NCBI GenBank assembly: GCA_031370005.1
Contig: JANMPT010000024.1
Span: forward strand, 128,001 to 192,000
Origin: Bdellovibrionales bacterium
GTDB taxonomy: Bacteria > Bdellovibrionota > Bdellovibrionia > Bdellovibrionales > Bdellovibrionaceae
Direction of reading: 5' to 3'
Length of the DNA: 64,000 bases
The notes under the pieces are model-generated. The model made no database searches, was not told where the DNA came from, and saw only the letters and a list, made by a program, of their open reading frames with translations. The translations under genes were made by a program, and so were the position numbers. The number at the start of each line of letters is the position of its first letter. Position 1 is the first letter of the stretch. Positions 19,855 through 30,049 of the stretch are shown here, in pieces.

Positions 19855-22599
19855 TCAGTCCTTTTGAAATAGAGTCAGTTCTGTGAGGAACTCTTGCTGC
19901 GCGGGATCCAAAGAGTTTGGGGTGACTTTTGTGAGTTCATCCGCAATTTTTTCTTGCATCTTTACAAGATGTGAAAGCTCAGATGGGTAGGAGATAGAAC
20001 CCTTTTGAGCCTCTTCAGGTGTTGGAAATGGAATCGTGGTGTTGACTATGCCCAGAGTCAGTAATGGTCTGCTTTCCCAGCTGACCTTGCCAATAAATAG
20101 GGCTCCTAGCAGCTTAACGATTTCGAGATCACTCTTAGAGTTAAAAGCCTGAATATAGGCCGCTAAGAATTGAGGGTCTTGGACTTTTTGGTACAAGTAG
20201 TAGTTTAAAATATTTTTGGACATGATTGCATTTTGTCGGACATAGCAATATGGTGGGTGAACGGTTTGGCAGTCGCCCGTTTCCGAGAGAATCGCATCGA
20301 ATTTGCTCATAAGTGATGGCATTAGAGGTTCTCCCGCAATCAGGGCGGTTTGAGCAATAGCGGTATTGACATTTTCAAGTGCGGACCTTAACCAGAATTC
20401 AGATTGATTTTGTTTTTGCAGCGAATCTCTGGAGCCATTCAGGGCATTAGTCACAACATTGTTCATCTTATCCCAGGACTCTGCTGAAACCGAGAGCATT
20501 GGATGCAAAGACAAAAGCGCACCCACATATCTTTCAAGTGATTCCGTTGAAATTGTATCCTTTAGACGACTTTCAAGATTTGACGTTTGGTTTTGGATCT
20601 TGCGATTCATATATATAGCTTTGCGCTCTAATCCCTTAAAGTCAGAAGACGGCAAGTGTAAGGCGAGTGAGTCGACAGTCTTTCCAGGGAAAGTGGATAT
20701 GGCGTTGGCAAGAGCGGGTTTGTAAATTTGAGTTTCGATTTCAAGAGGGGTCGCGTAATTATAATTATTACTTTCTAAAAAAGCAGTTAAGGGCGTCATC
20801 AGAATTGCTTTAAATGAAAAAGCATCTGTCATTGCTCTGCTGCAATCGGCATAAGAGGCCTTAAGGCCATCTTCGTTTTGCAAACGATTTCGGACCCCAA
20901 TGTCCGCTAACATATGAGCGAGTATAGATCTATCGGACATGGTTGAAAATAGATTGAGAGATAGATTTTCTTTTGTAGATAAGGAACTCATTCGATTAAC
21001 TAAGGAGAAACAGCCTCCGAGTCTATCATCGATCAGTTTTCTTACAGCCCGGCGGCTATTGATAACCTCTTGCTTTACGCTATCAATCGCATGCATTTCT
21101 TCTTGGTGATAACGATCGACTTTATAACTAAGCTCTTCAATTTTTGCGAGGGTTTGTTTTTGAAGTTCTAGGATTTCTTTCTGCAATTGAATTACTTTAT
21201 CTAATTTTTTATTAACTTCTCCAAGCTGTGCATTCATTTGGGCCTGCGCCATAACGCTTGCCCCAACTCCCACTGGCCCCATTGTCAGTGCGACTCCACC
21301 TGAGCCGGATAGCACGCTGAAGGCCCCCAAGAGACCATTGGAAGAAAAGGCTTCGGCGACTTGCTGAGCCACTTGTACTCCTTGGGTGATTTTTTGAGCG
21401 GTGTTTAAGGCCTCTTCAACCTTGGGATCCATTTTTGCGCCAAGAGCTTGTGCAATCACTCGAGTTCCGTTAATCAAGTAATCTACGGATTGAGAAGTTT
21501 TTGCTGCGCCCGCAAAGAACTTTTTCACATTTTTTCCCATTGGACGCCCCTCAGAAAGAAAGCTCTGCCCTTCGGAATTTGAGTCTCCTATGTCTTCGCC
21601 TAATAAAATATTTTTGATTAAGTGGGCGGTTTCTTTGGCGCTTTGGTCTGTAATTTTCGGATTAAATTCGGCAGCCCATTCTGGATGTTCAGCGATATCA
21701 GTTTGAATTCCACTCATGGCCTCTTTCATAAGATCCCAACCCTGAGTAAGGTTTTCGCGATATTGGTCCATCGCCTTGAGTACTATGCGAACTTCTGTGA
21801 TTTTTTGACCGACCCCACGGAGCTCCTCAGCAACATGAACTATATCCTTTACTGAATCATGTACTTTAAGGAAGCTATAAAGTTCTGAGGCCACATATCC
21901 ATAAATAACGAGCTTATCACCATCTTCGGAAGCAAAGTCATAGGAGGCGAGTCGCCTATCCCATTTTTTGAGAAGTTGATAGATCTCCTGAGCTCCAACT
22001 TTATCGCCCTTATTTTTTGTCGCATTGATTTGTTCGACAATATCAGGGTCGAGATTGCCAACAATATCGCGACCAATATCACGAGTCTCATTTTTTATTT
22101 TTTCGTCAAAGGCACTCTGAATTTTTAGAAAAGCTTGAGCCTGCGCTGCTGCTGCCGATCGGAGACGAATTTGCAGACCGAATGCATCCTCGGATTCTAA
22201 GCTGGTGACCTCACTAAATACTGAATTTGTAATTAACCCTGGATCGTGTATATATGATTTTTCCCCCAAAATGAAGTTTTGCTTCATTTGTAAAAACTCT
22301 GAGATCAAGTTTTGACTTATTGACGAATGCGGATCGTGGTTTTGTGTCTGTGATTGAATTGATATAAGACCATTTGCATCTAAGGACCATAACCATGGAG
22401 TCAGAAGCTCGGCCAAGGCATAGTTCGGATTTTCTGAATCCGTTAGCCGTATCCACTGAGATTGAGCCGTCCCAAGTTTTGAAACCTTTTCTACCATACT
22501 GCTCGTGCGCACACCTGAGGACTTATTTGAGGGTGGAGTGCACGCGGTGGTAGTCATGAACATCACAAGAAAACTTGAAATGAGCCTTTTATTTTTCAT
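19855..22599 (-). CDS. Large helical lipoprotein of unknown function (hydrophobic hairpin plus coiled coil)
   Basis: 914-aa ORF, lipobox TTAC, AAGGAA RBS. Confidence 0.8.
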   Translation of the reverse strand: MKNKRLISSFLVMFMTTTACTPPSNKSSGVRTSSMVEKVSKLGTAQSQWIRLTDSENPNYALAELLTPWLWSLDANGLISIQSQTQNHDPHSSISQNLISEFLQMKQNFILGEKSYIHDPGLITNSVFSEVTSLESEDAFGLQIRLRSAAAAQAQAFLKIQSAFDEKIKNETRDIGRDIVGNLDPDIVEQINATKNKGDKVGAQEIYQLLKKWDRRLASYDFASEDGDKLVIYGYVASELYSFLKVHDSVKDIVHVAEELRGVGQKITEVRIVLKAMDQYRENLTQGWDLMKEAMSGIQTDIAEHPEWAAEFNPKITDQSAKETAHLIKNILLGEDIGDSNSEGQSFLSEGRPMGKNVKKFFAGAAKTSQSVDYLINGTRVIAQALGAKMDPKVEEALNTAQKITQGVQVAQQVAEAFSSNGLLGAFSVLSGSGGVALTMGPVGVGASVMAQAQMNAQLGEVNKKLDKVIQLQKEILELQKQTLAKIEELSYKVDRYHQEEMHAIDSVKQEVINSRRAVRKLIDDRLGGCFSLVNRMSSLSTKENLSLNLFSTMSDRSILAHMLADIGVRNRLQNEDGLKASYADCSRAMTDAFSFKAILMTPLTAFLESNNYNYATPLEIETQIYKPALANAISTFPGKTVDSLALHLPSSDFKGLERKAIYMNRKIQNQTSNLESRLKDTISTESLERYVGALLSLHPMLSVSAESWDKMNNVVTNALNGSRDSLQKQNQSEFWLRSALENVNTAIAQTALIAGEPLMPSLMSKFDAILSETGDCQTVHPPYCYVRQNAIMSKNILNYYLYQKVQDPQFLAAYIQAFNSKSDLEIVKLLGALFIGKVSWESRPLLTLGIVNTTIPFPTPEEAQKGSISYPSELSHLVKMQEKIADELTKVTPNSLDPAQQEFLTELTLFQKD

Positions 22600-22662
22600 A
22601 AATTAATTCCTTTGCGCATCAGTATTGCGATTTGATCGTTTGATTGTGAGTTTAAGAATTTA

Positions 22663-23955
22663 CTAACATGTTTTTTCTTGCTGATTGAATTGCAGGCAAG
22701 AGTTTTGTTTTTCTCCATCGACACCCTTTGGGCCTGGCTTTCCGGGCTCACCGGGCTGACCCTGAGCGCCACTGAGTGCGGCTTTGCAAAGTGAGTTTTT
22801 TATTGTCCCTGGGTCGCCTCCAAGGCCTCCTGGCCCACCTTTTCCACCAAGACTGACTTCGCCACCCAGGCCTGGTGAGCTAATAACAGTGGGGGGCTGC
22901 CCCTGAAGTTTGCGCGCAAAAAAGTTAACTGCTCCCGAGTCTCCGCCTTTCATTCCGGGATTTCCATTTTTCCCTGGAAGGCCTTGAGCTCCTGCTTTTC
23001 CATTTGTGGCCTCTTGTGCGCAGATCCAGTTGCAAGGTTCTATTTCACGTATAGTCTCATGGAAAGATAAGGGTTGAATTTTTCGGGCAAGTCCTCGATA
23101 GCAATTCTGTCGATCGCTGGAATTAGATCCTGGTTCAGCTTTTGGTGGACTTGTTGTTTCATCGAGTCCATCAATGCCCTTTCCTCCTCGTGTTCCGCGC
23201 ATAGCTATTTCGAGATCGCCAATAAAAAAATCTGTGCTAATGCTGATGTGACCACCACATCGTCCAGGTTTCCCAACGGCGGCTACAGCATCCGCAAACT
23301 CCTGCGTAAATGACCCAAGGGTCCCTCTTTGAGCAATTATGATTGCCGCATGTATACTGAGATCGGCGCCCTCCGTTAGAAAAGCCGAGTTCTCATCGAT
23401 GAACAAAGTTCCAAGATCTAAGTCTTTATTTGTAATTGATAATTCTGATAATTTTTTTATTCCTTGAATCAGGACATCTGGTTTTATTGCGAACTCGAGA
23501 GGTTTTAATGTTTCTTCATCTAAAACCAGTTCGTAACGAAACTTTTGGGTTTCGATAGGCTCGCCGGAGATATCGATAGTCTCAGAAAGAGTCACGTAAC
23601 CATTTTCATATTGGAAAGGTGTTGTGTCGACGTGTAACAAGGCTTTTTTATTTACATGAACCCTAGTGATCTGTATGCGTTCAGCGAGTTCAGTCGGCAT
23701 TGTCAGCTGGGCTGTGTAGCGATTGAGGTCGCGTTTGTAGGCTTCGATATTAGAAAGATCTGGGTTGAGGGAGGTCTGTCTCTCGAATTTCAACTGGACA
23801 CCACTTTCCGATTTAATGACTTGCGCGCCGGGCTCCTCTGGCTCTTGACTTGGAGGCGTTCCTTGGCCACATCCTGTAAGAAAAAGAGATATGGCGACTA
23901 AAGTTGAAGTGATGAGTGCTGTTGTTACAGTCATTGTAAATAAATTTTGTTTCAT
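22663..23955 (-). CDS. Collagen-like (Gly-X-Y) lipoprotein
   Basis: Lipobox LTGC; GKAGAQGLPGKNGNPGMKGG and GAQGQPGEPGKPGPKGVDGEK; ATG at 23955 has AGAGGGG RBS (alternative start 23976). Confidence 0.85.
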   Translation of the reverse strand: MKQNLFTMTVTTALITSTLVAISLFLTGCGQGTPPSQEPEEPGAQVIKSESGVQLKFERQTSLNPDLSNIEAYKRDLNRYTAQLTMPTELAERIQITRVHVNKKALLHVDTTPFQYENGYVTLSETIDISGEPIETQKFRYELVLDEETLKPLEFAIKPDVLIQGIKKLSELSITNKDLDLGTLFIDENSAFLTEGADLSIHAAIIIAQRGTLGSFTQEFADAVAAVGKPGRCGGHISISTDFFIGDLEIAMRGTRGGKGIDGLDETTSPPKAEPGSNSSDRQNCYRGLARKIQPLSFHETIREIEPCNWICAQEATNGKAGAQGLPGKNGNPGMKGGDSGAVNFFARKLQGQPPTVISSPGLGGEVSLGGKGGPGGLGGDPGTIKNSLCKAALSGAQGQPGEPGKPGPKGVDGEKQNSCLQFNQQEKTC

Positions 23956-24160
23956 AAGTTCCCCTCTGGTTTTCATGATTTGCTAGGTAATAAAGCAATG
24001 GCCGGGCCACTACAAAAATATCTTGAAATCGAATATAGAAGAGATAGCCTGTTTTCTCGGATTTTTTGTCCGGAAAGCCGGACGAAAAAATCCTAAGCAC
24101 TGGACAAAGGCCTTATTGCATAAGGTGCCCTTCGTATGCAGGTCCGTTTATCCAGTCCAG

Positions 24161-24187
24161 TATAGTTTTTATGTCTTACACCGATAC
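24161..24187 (+). promoter_or_regulatory. Putative sigma28 promoter
   Basis: TATA-N15-ACCGATAC upstream of the cyclase-like gene. Confidence 0.55.
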
Positions 24188-24247
24188 GATTTGTAGTGAG
24201 CTGATCAAAATAATTTTTGATCTACTTTTTATTTTGGAGGACCTTAC

Positions 24248-26134
24248 TTGTCGTCGCGGCAAAAAAATAGAAAAAATTTTTTGTTAGTTGTTATCGCAGT
24301 GTTCTGGGTAACTTATGTCGGTATTGTGTCTACAGAATACTATTTTAATATTACTTCCCGTGTTGATCGTGTGATTCAAGATCGAAAAAAAGACGTCGAC
24401 TTTGTTTTAGAATTCTCCGGCAATCTCATTATCAAAGATAATCTCGATTCTCTCTCTGAACGTCTGAGGCAGGCGCGAGAGTTTCGCATGGTGGATTTCT
24501 ACGTTCTTCAGAGGAAAAATAAAGTCATTACCTATTATAATAAACAAAACAATCCGGACGAGCTTAACCAAGAGTATTCAAACCTCAATCAATTTGTTGA
24601 AAGCGAAGATGTCACTTTCAAGACAATTAAAATTTATGATTATCTTCTGACTGTGGGAGTTAATACCGCCAAGAAATCGCTTTTACGAGTAGCCTTCGGT
24701 GAGCAAAAGTATCTTATACTTCACAATCTGGCAATCGTAAGTGTTTTTGCAGCCGTTCTATTCTTTTTTATATATAAAGAGGCGGTGAGCTTTACAAAAC
24801 TTCGCGGGTTAAAAAAGATTGAGCCGGAGGCTCCTTTAAAGTCAGTGACAGTTGCAATATCTGAGGCCCGGACCTTGAAGGAGAGTCACAAGAGTCTTTT
24901 GGCACCTGCCTTATTGCATGAGATTAAGAGCAAGACGTTTGCCCCTGCTAGTTTTGAAAGCACTGTGGTTCGGGTGGATTTGAGCAATGAAACTCAAGCA
25001 GTTCTTAGTAAGAGTGACCATTTGAGCGCAGTTCTTAATAAGTATATTATTGCCGGGCAAGAAATCGTAGGTCGGTACGGCGGCCTGCTTTGCCAAAGCG
25101 CAGGAACGGAATTGATCTTTCACCTTAAGGGTTCTCGTAAGGCAGTGGAACCAATGGCAATCGCCTGCGTTCGTTCGCTCTTCGAGCTTGCTGAAGAAAT
25201 TGAAAGAACACTTCCGCTCTCCATTGGAATTAACTTTAAATTAAAGGCAGGCTTGTCTAGCGGCCAGGTTCAATTCACTAAGCTTGAAAGTGGTTTTAAC
25301 ATCAGTGGTATACCATTTGCTGAGTCGGCTAAGATTGTAGCACATGTTGGGGGCATTTTAAATCGCTCCGTACTTGCTCTTTCTGAGCCCTCCCATGAAT
25401 TTGTCTCTCGACTTTGCAGTATTTCTTCTTTGACTCATGAAATTTACATTGTGGATGAATTCGCCTCCCAAGAGCTTATGTTTGAAAAAGGTAAGATTGA
25501 ATTTAGCACGTACTATCGTAGTGATTTAAATTTAATGGCGCTTATGAAATATATGGAAAAACTTATTGATGAGCAGAATAATGAGTTTTATTTTCGAATA
25601 TTGGGTGACCTTAAGCACGTAAAAGTGAATGTTATCTGTTCAGATCTTGAGAAGTCCTTCACTCATTTCTTAGAGATGGCGTATCGAAAATCCCATGATA
25701 TGCCAGTTGATCCCAAAGTACTTTCAGCTGCGGTTTCGCTTACGCATAATTTGATCCCATCAGGAACTGGCTCGGATAAGCTCACGGAAATTCTAAAGTT
25801 GTATCTGCAATTTGCAGATCCCCGCGTGCAAGCCAATGCCGTATCAGCTCTTGGTGAGGTGCCATCGAATATCCGCTTCTTAAAAAAGTTTATTCACTCT
25901 GATCATAATCGTTTGTCGGCAGATGCCTTGCTAGTAACTGGGAAACAAGTAGTGGACAAAGAGCTTGTCACCCGTGTGCAAAGCCTTTTACGCTCTTCAG
26001 ATAAGGTTCATCAGGCCAGTGGGCGTTATGTGGCATTGAAGCTGGTCGAATATTACAAGCAAAGTGATATGCTATATTTCAACACGAATCCTCATTTGAA
26101 AAAGCTTGAAGAACTTCTCGGGAAGGCCGCTTAG
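24248..26134 (+). CDS. Membrane protein with degenerate class III nucleotide cyclase-like domain and HEAT-like C-terminus
   Basis: Two TM helices around a periplasmic domain; TVVRVDLSNET, EIVGRYGG...AGTELIF, LKAGLSSG; HEAT-like DPRVQANAVSALG; TTG start with GGAGG. Confidence 0.7.
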   Translation: MSSRQKNRKNFLLVVIAVFWVTYVGIVSTEYYFNITSRVDRVIQDRKKDVDFVLEFSGNLIIKDNLDSLSERLRQAREFRMVDFYVLQRKNKVITYYNKQNNPDELNQEYSNLNQFVESEDVTFKTIKIYDYLLTVGVNTAKKSLLRVAFGEQKYLILHNLAIVSVFAAVLFFFIYKEAVSFTKLRGLKKIEPEAPLKSVTVAISEARTLKESHKSLLAPALLHEIKSKTFAPASFESTVVRVDLSNETQAVLSKSDHLSAVLNKYIIAGQEIVGRYGGLLCQSAGTELIFHLKGSRKAVEPMAIACVRSLFELAEEIERTLPLSIGINFKLKAGLSSGQVQFTKLESGFNISGIPFAESAKIVAHVGGILNRSVLALSEPSHEFVSRLCSISSLTHEIYIVDEFASQELMFEKGKIEFSTYYRSDLNLMALMKYMEKLIDEQNNEFYFRILGDLKHVKVNVICSDLEKSFTHFLEMAYRKSHDMPVDPKVLSAAVSLTHNLIPSGTGSDKLTEILKLYLQFADPRVQANAVSALGEVPSNIRFLKKFIHSDHNRLSADALLVTGKQVVDKELVTRVQSLLRSSDKVHQASGRYVALKLVEYYKQSDMLYFNTNPHLKKLEELLGKAA

Positions 26135-26136
26135 CG

Positions 26137-27240
26137 ATGAAAATCGAAAAGGAAGTTGTTCATTTTGAAGCCAATTTTACGGATCTGTCGACTCTTACGG
26201 ATCTGCAGAAGCTTTATTTGCAAATTATGCAAAGTGAGAAATCCATTGAAGCGGTAGTCCACCATTTTCTTCAGCAAGGCTGGCTTGTTAATTTTGTTGA
26301 GTTCGCTGATCTAATGGAAAAGCTTGTCGCTAAAAAAGCCATTCGCAACCCTAATTTTTATTCTTACTTTGATAAAATGAAACCTGCATTGGAGAGATCT
26401 CTTTGGAATAAAATTATTAATTTAGATCTTCCAGAGAGTTCTATTGGCTCTTTGCGTACTTACAAAGAGTTGCCATTTTTTCGGTCCCTTGAGCCCCAGC
26501 TCTCTGATTTCTTGCTTTCCAAGGCGACCATTCATCATGTTCCTCCGAAGTCTCTGGTTTGTCGTCATGGAGAAATGACGCGGGATCTTTTTGTGATTCT
26601 CAAAGGGACTGCGGGTATTTATAAGCCCCATCAGCAAGGCGGAAAATACCTAGTTGCAAGCTTGTCTGATCACGCGGTTTTTGGTGAGGGTGCTTTTTTA
26701 TTAGGGCAGCCGAGATCTGCTGATGTGATCTCTATGACTGACTGTCGGATTTTGCGTATCCCTTGTCTGCCAGAAATTTTTGATCGTTATCTTAAAAAAG
26801 ATAAAGCACAGGGCCTGCAATACCGTTTTTGGGTTCAGCATGCGCTTTTAAATTCTCCGCTGTTTAAAGAAGTTCCTTCCGATTGCTTTGATGCTTTAAA
26901 CCATTCCGGAAAATTTGTTCGCTGTGCAGAGGGACAAGTTCTTTTCCATGATGGGGACAGGGGGCATAGTGCCTATGTCGTCGTCCAAGGTTCGCTGGTG
27001 GTTAGTAAAAATGGACAAAATATAAATGTCTTGAATCAGGGTGCTTTCTTAGGTGAAATTGCTCTTCTTGCTAATCAAGGCCTTCGTTCGGCCTCTGTGC
27101 TTGCGCAAAGGGAGACGTTGCTGCTCGAGATTGACCAATCTGAGCTTTATAAATTATTGGCGCGAAATATTTTTCTTGGAAAATACCTTCAAGAGTTGGC
27201 CCTGAGTCGCCTTGCAAAAGATGAACTGCGGGCCGCTTAA
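26137..27240 (+). CDS. Protein with two cyclic-nucleotide-binding domains
   Basis: Two phosphate-binding cassettes: FGEGAFLLGQPRSADV and LGEIALLANQGLRSASV. Confidence 0.9.
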   Translation: MKIEKEVVHFEANFTDLSTLTDLQKLYLQIMQSEKSIEAVVHHFLQQGWLVNFVEFADLMEKLVAKKAIRNPNFYSYFDKMKPALERSLWNKIINLDLPESSIGSLRTYKELPFFRSLEPQLSDFLLSKATIHHVPPKSLVCRHGEMTRDLFVILKGTAGIYKPHQQGGKYLVASLSDHAVFGEGAFLLGQPRSADVISMTDCRILRIPCLPEIFDRYLKKDKAQGLQYRFWVQHALLNSPLFKEVPSDCFDALNHSGKFVRCAEGQVLFHDGDRGHSAYVVVQGSLVVSKNGQNINVLNQGAFLGEIALLANQGLRSASVLAQRETLLLEIDQSELYKLLARNIFLGKYLQELALSRLAKDELRAA

Positions 27241-28109
27241 GCCTTGCTTAGAATACCTAAAGTCAAACAGCTAATCACCAGCGTTGCTCCGACGATTTGT
27301 AACACGCTTAAGTGTTCATGAAGAAGGAGTCCAGCGGCAATGGTCGCCATAACTGGTTCAAGCATTGTAATCAGAGCCGCTTGAGAGCTTCTTAATTTTT
27401 GCAGTCCGGCCAAAATCAAAGTCATCGGGAGGATCGTAGAGAGGGTCGCAATTCCGAAAACAATCTGCCATTGATGTCGATCCATTACTTTCCAGAGTTG
27501 AAGATTGGGGTGGTGGTAGGCGGCTAAGGCAATCGCTGCGAAGGTGATCACGTACAGACTTGATGAGATTGGCCTTACATTTTTTTGGTAGCGTGCTGAA
27601 AACAAGATATACACTGCGTAGCTGATAGCGGAGCCAAGACCGGCAATAAGTGCCACAGTGTTATTCAAATGAAACTGGCCCCAGAGTAAGCAGATGATGC
27701 CGATGAAGGCACCTAAGAGCAAAAGCCACTGAGCACGGCTTATATGTTCGTGTAAAAAGAAATGCCCCAGTAGGCTCACCCAAAAGGGATAGGTAAAGAG
27801 TAGCAAGGCGGCAAGTCCTACACTCATGCCCTTAATGGCGGTAAAATAAAGTGTAGCAAAAACCGCATAGCCAAAAACCCCTAAACCTGCGGAAATCAGC
27901 AACTGAGTGAGAGGAAGAAAAATTTTATCGCGACTGAAAAGAAAGAGATAAATCCATAAAATGACAGCAGCGATGATAAAGCGATAGGTAAGCAGCGCCC
28001 CCACATCTAGGCCGCTAGTAAAGGCCCACTTGCCGAAAATGCCCAAGAAGCCAAATCCAAGGCTTCCAAGGGCGACTTCAAAACTGCCGGCAAGTTGTTG
28101 GCGGTTCAT
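27237..28109 (-). CDS. EamA/DMT-family transporter
   Basis: About 10 TM helices; LLFTYPFWV and LEPVMAT motifs. Confidence 0.9.
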   Translation of the reverse strand: MNRQQLAGSFEVALGSLGFGFLGIFGKWAFTSGLDVGALLTYRFIIAAVILWIYLFLFSRDKIFLPLTQLLISAGLGVFGYAVFATLYFTAIKGMSVGLAALLLFTYPFWVSLLGHFFLHEHISRAQWLLLLGAFIGIICLLWGQFHLNNTVALIAGLGSAISYAVYILFSARYQKNVRPISSSLYVITFAAIALAAYHHPNLQLWKVMDRHQWQIVFGIATLSTILPMTLILAGLQKLRSSQAALITMLEPVMATIAAGLLLHEHLSVLQIVGATLVISCLTLGILSKA

Positions 28110-28111
28110 GA

Positions 28112-28987
28112 TTACTTATTGAAGGATTTTTTTGGTTTGTAAGCGGGCTTTGATTTGGAGGCTGGTTTTGGTTTACCTGCGGCAATTCTTTGTGCCACAG
28201 CCCGACCCTTATAAGTTTTCTTAAGTTTGATTTCGTCTGGAGCATCCGGCAAAAACACACGCTCGACGGCAGCATCATTCAAGAATACGAGGTCTCCACG
28301 TTCAACCGCACCAATACGAAGACGACCGATTGCAACCCGCTGCAGCTTCATGACATCGTAACCAATTTTTTCAAACATTTGACGGATTTGACGGTTTTTG
28401 CCCTCAGTGATCACCATCTTATACCAATCATATTTATCTGAGCCTTCTTGGCGTTTGATTTTTTCGATATGTTTTGCGGCCACTTTTCCGCCGATGATTG
28501 AAACACCACGTACGAGTTTTTGAATTTCTTCTTTGGTGGGCTGTCCGTCGACTTTTACCATATAGGTTTTAGTCACTTCCGCTTTTGGGTGAGTAACTTT
28601 ATTTGCGAACTCCCCATCGTTAGTTAGAAGCAACATGCCTTCAGAGTCCCAGTCCAAACGGCCAACAGGAAATACACGGCCAGGGACACCATCAAGATAG
28701 TTAGCAATTGTTGGTCGTCCGAGGGGATCTTCCATCGTTGTTAAAACGCCCTTCGGTTTGTGGAAAAGAATATAGATGTTTTCAAGAGGCTTTTTAAGTG
28801 GTTTGCCATTTACTAAGATGTGATCGTGAGCAGGGTCGACCTTAATACCCAGCTCATAGACGCGCTTGCCGTTGATAGTTACTTGTCCCTCTTCAATCAT
28901 GCGGTCAGCGTGGCGACGGCTGGCAAGTCCGCTGTCTGCGATTAATTTGTTAAGTCGTAATTTGTTTTCGGAGTTATTTTCAGACAT
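28112..28987 (-). CDS. rluB: RsuA/RluB-family rRNA pseudouridine synthase
   Basis: S4 domain RLNKLIADSGLASRR; VGRLDWDSEG; EGKNRQIR. Confidence 0.88.
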   Translation of the reverse strand: MSENNSENKLRLNKLIADSGLASRRHADRMIEEGQVTINGKRVYELGIKVDPAHDHILVNGKPLKKPLENIYILFHKPKGVLTTMEDPLGRPTIANYLDGVPGRVFPVGRLDWDSEGMLLLTNDGEFANKVTHPKAEVTKTYMVKVDGQPTKEEIQKLVRGVSIIGGKVAAKHIEKIKRQEGSDKYDWYKMVITEGKNRQIRQMFEKIGYDVMKLQRVAIGRLRIGAVERGDLVFLNDAAVERVFLPDAPDEIKLKKTYKGRAVAQRIAAGKPKPASKSKPAYKPKKSFNK

Positions 28988-29970
28988 TCTTCATTCGCCT
29001 CATTGATCGCATTGTCCATCTTTAGAGGTGGATTTAATTTGCGAGTAGATTCACTAGTATGACGCAGATCTCTTACCAGAAGAGTGAGAAGTTTGTCACC
29101 AGCGAAAACATTTTCAAGGGCGGTCTCAGCCTGGTTCATAATCATTGAACTCCAGTTGAGCGCATCATGATCCCCCTGTTGAATTAAAGCCAGGGTCCTC
29201 TCGAGCTGAGAAATCAAATCTTGGTAGTAAGGATCTGTCCTTCTATCAATAAAAAATTGTTCAATGCGCTTGATTGGATAAAGCAGACGAGTTTGCTCTT
29301 TGAGGGATTCCCCTTTGAATTCCAGTAGTTTTTGATAGACATAGCCACGTAAGAGGGTGCCGTGGACTCTGTCATTTTTCACGCGAAACTCGGCAGTGAT
29401 ATAAGGAGCTACTTCAATTTTTTGTTTGTGATCTGGACTGAGCTCTAAGTTTTCATTGTAGTAAAGCGCCAAGTCTTTGCGTAAGGGCTCAAGCTGCCCA
29501 TTGCAAATAGTGAATTTTTTATCAAAAATACGCACGGTGATCGCCTTGCCCTCATGGAGGATGATGGCAATCACTCGCTTGTTTTGATCGTTAATCAGAC
29601 GGAATTTATCCACCTCAGGGTATTGTCGCTTCAAGTAAATTCTTAAAGAATCCTCGAGGTCAGAGGGGCGCTCAATCTCCAGAAGTTGCATCGTTTGAGG
29701 AAAGCGTATTTTGCTGAGGTCAAAGTTCTGCTGATAAAAGCCGTTGAAGTTTTCAAGCAAATACTGGACCTCGTTGCCAAGCTGGTTCTTGTTGGCAGCC
29801 CAGTGTGGATAATCCATGCAATATGTGAAGAATAATTCGATTAGCTCCGGAGTGAGAGCTTCATCTGGCTGAGGAAAACCGCGGAGAAAATTGTAAAAAG
29901 ACAGCTTCGCAGGAGTGTTTTGCGGATTCAGGCCGGCTACAAATCTAATAAGTTGACCAACTTTTAGCAT
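28942..29970 (-). CDS. Hypothetical protein (342 aa)
   Basis: Long ORF with AAAGG RBS; 3' end overlaps the rluB start by 46 nt. Confidence 0.75.
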   Translation of the reverse strand: MLKVGQLIRFVAGLNPQNTPAKLSFYNFLRGFPQPDEALTPELIELFFTYCMDYPHWAANKNQLGNEVQYLLENFNGFYQQNFDLSKIRFPQTMQLLEIERPSDLEDSLRIYLKRQYPEVDKFRLINDQNKRVIAIILHEGKAITVRIFDKKFTICNGQLEPLRKDLALYYNENLELSPDHKQKIEVAPYITAEFRVKNDRVHGTLLRGYVYQKLLEFKGESLKEQTRLLYPIKRIEQFFIDRRTDPYYQDLISQLERTLALIQQGDHDALNWSSMIMNQAETALENVFAGDKLLTLLVRDLRHTSESTRKLNPPLKMDNAINEANEECLKITPKTNYDLTN

Positions 29971-30049
29971 GATACCTTTTTATGAATAATTGATTTTAGT
30001 GTCCAGAAGAAATAGCATGAAAGTCGTAGCAAATTCTTTAGGAGGAGTC

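Noticed and set aside
24248..27240. Pycsar-like anti-phage system (cyclase plus cNMP effector)
   Set aside because: The cyclase catalytic residues look degenerate, the protein is a membrane sensor type, the partner has no TM or TIR effector domain, and no defence genes are adjacent
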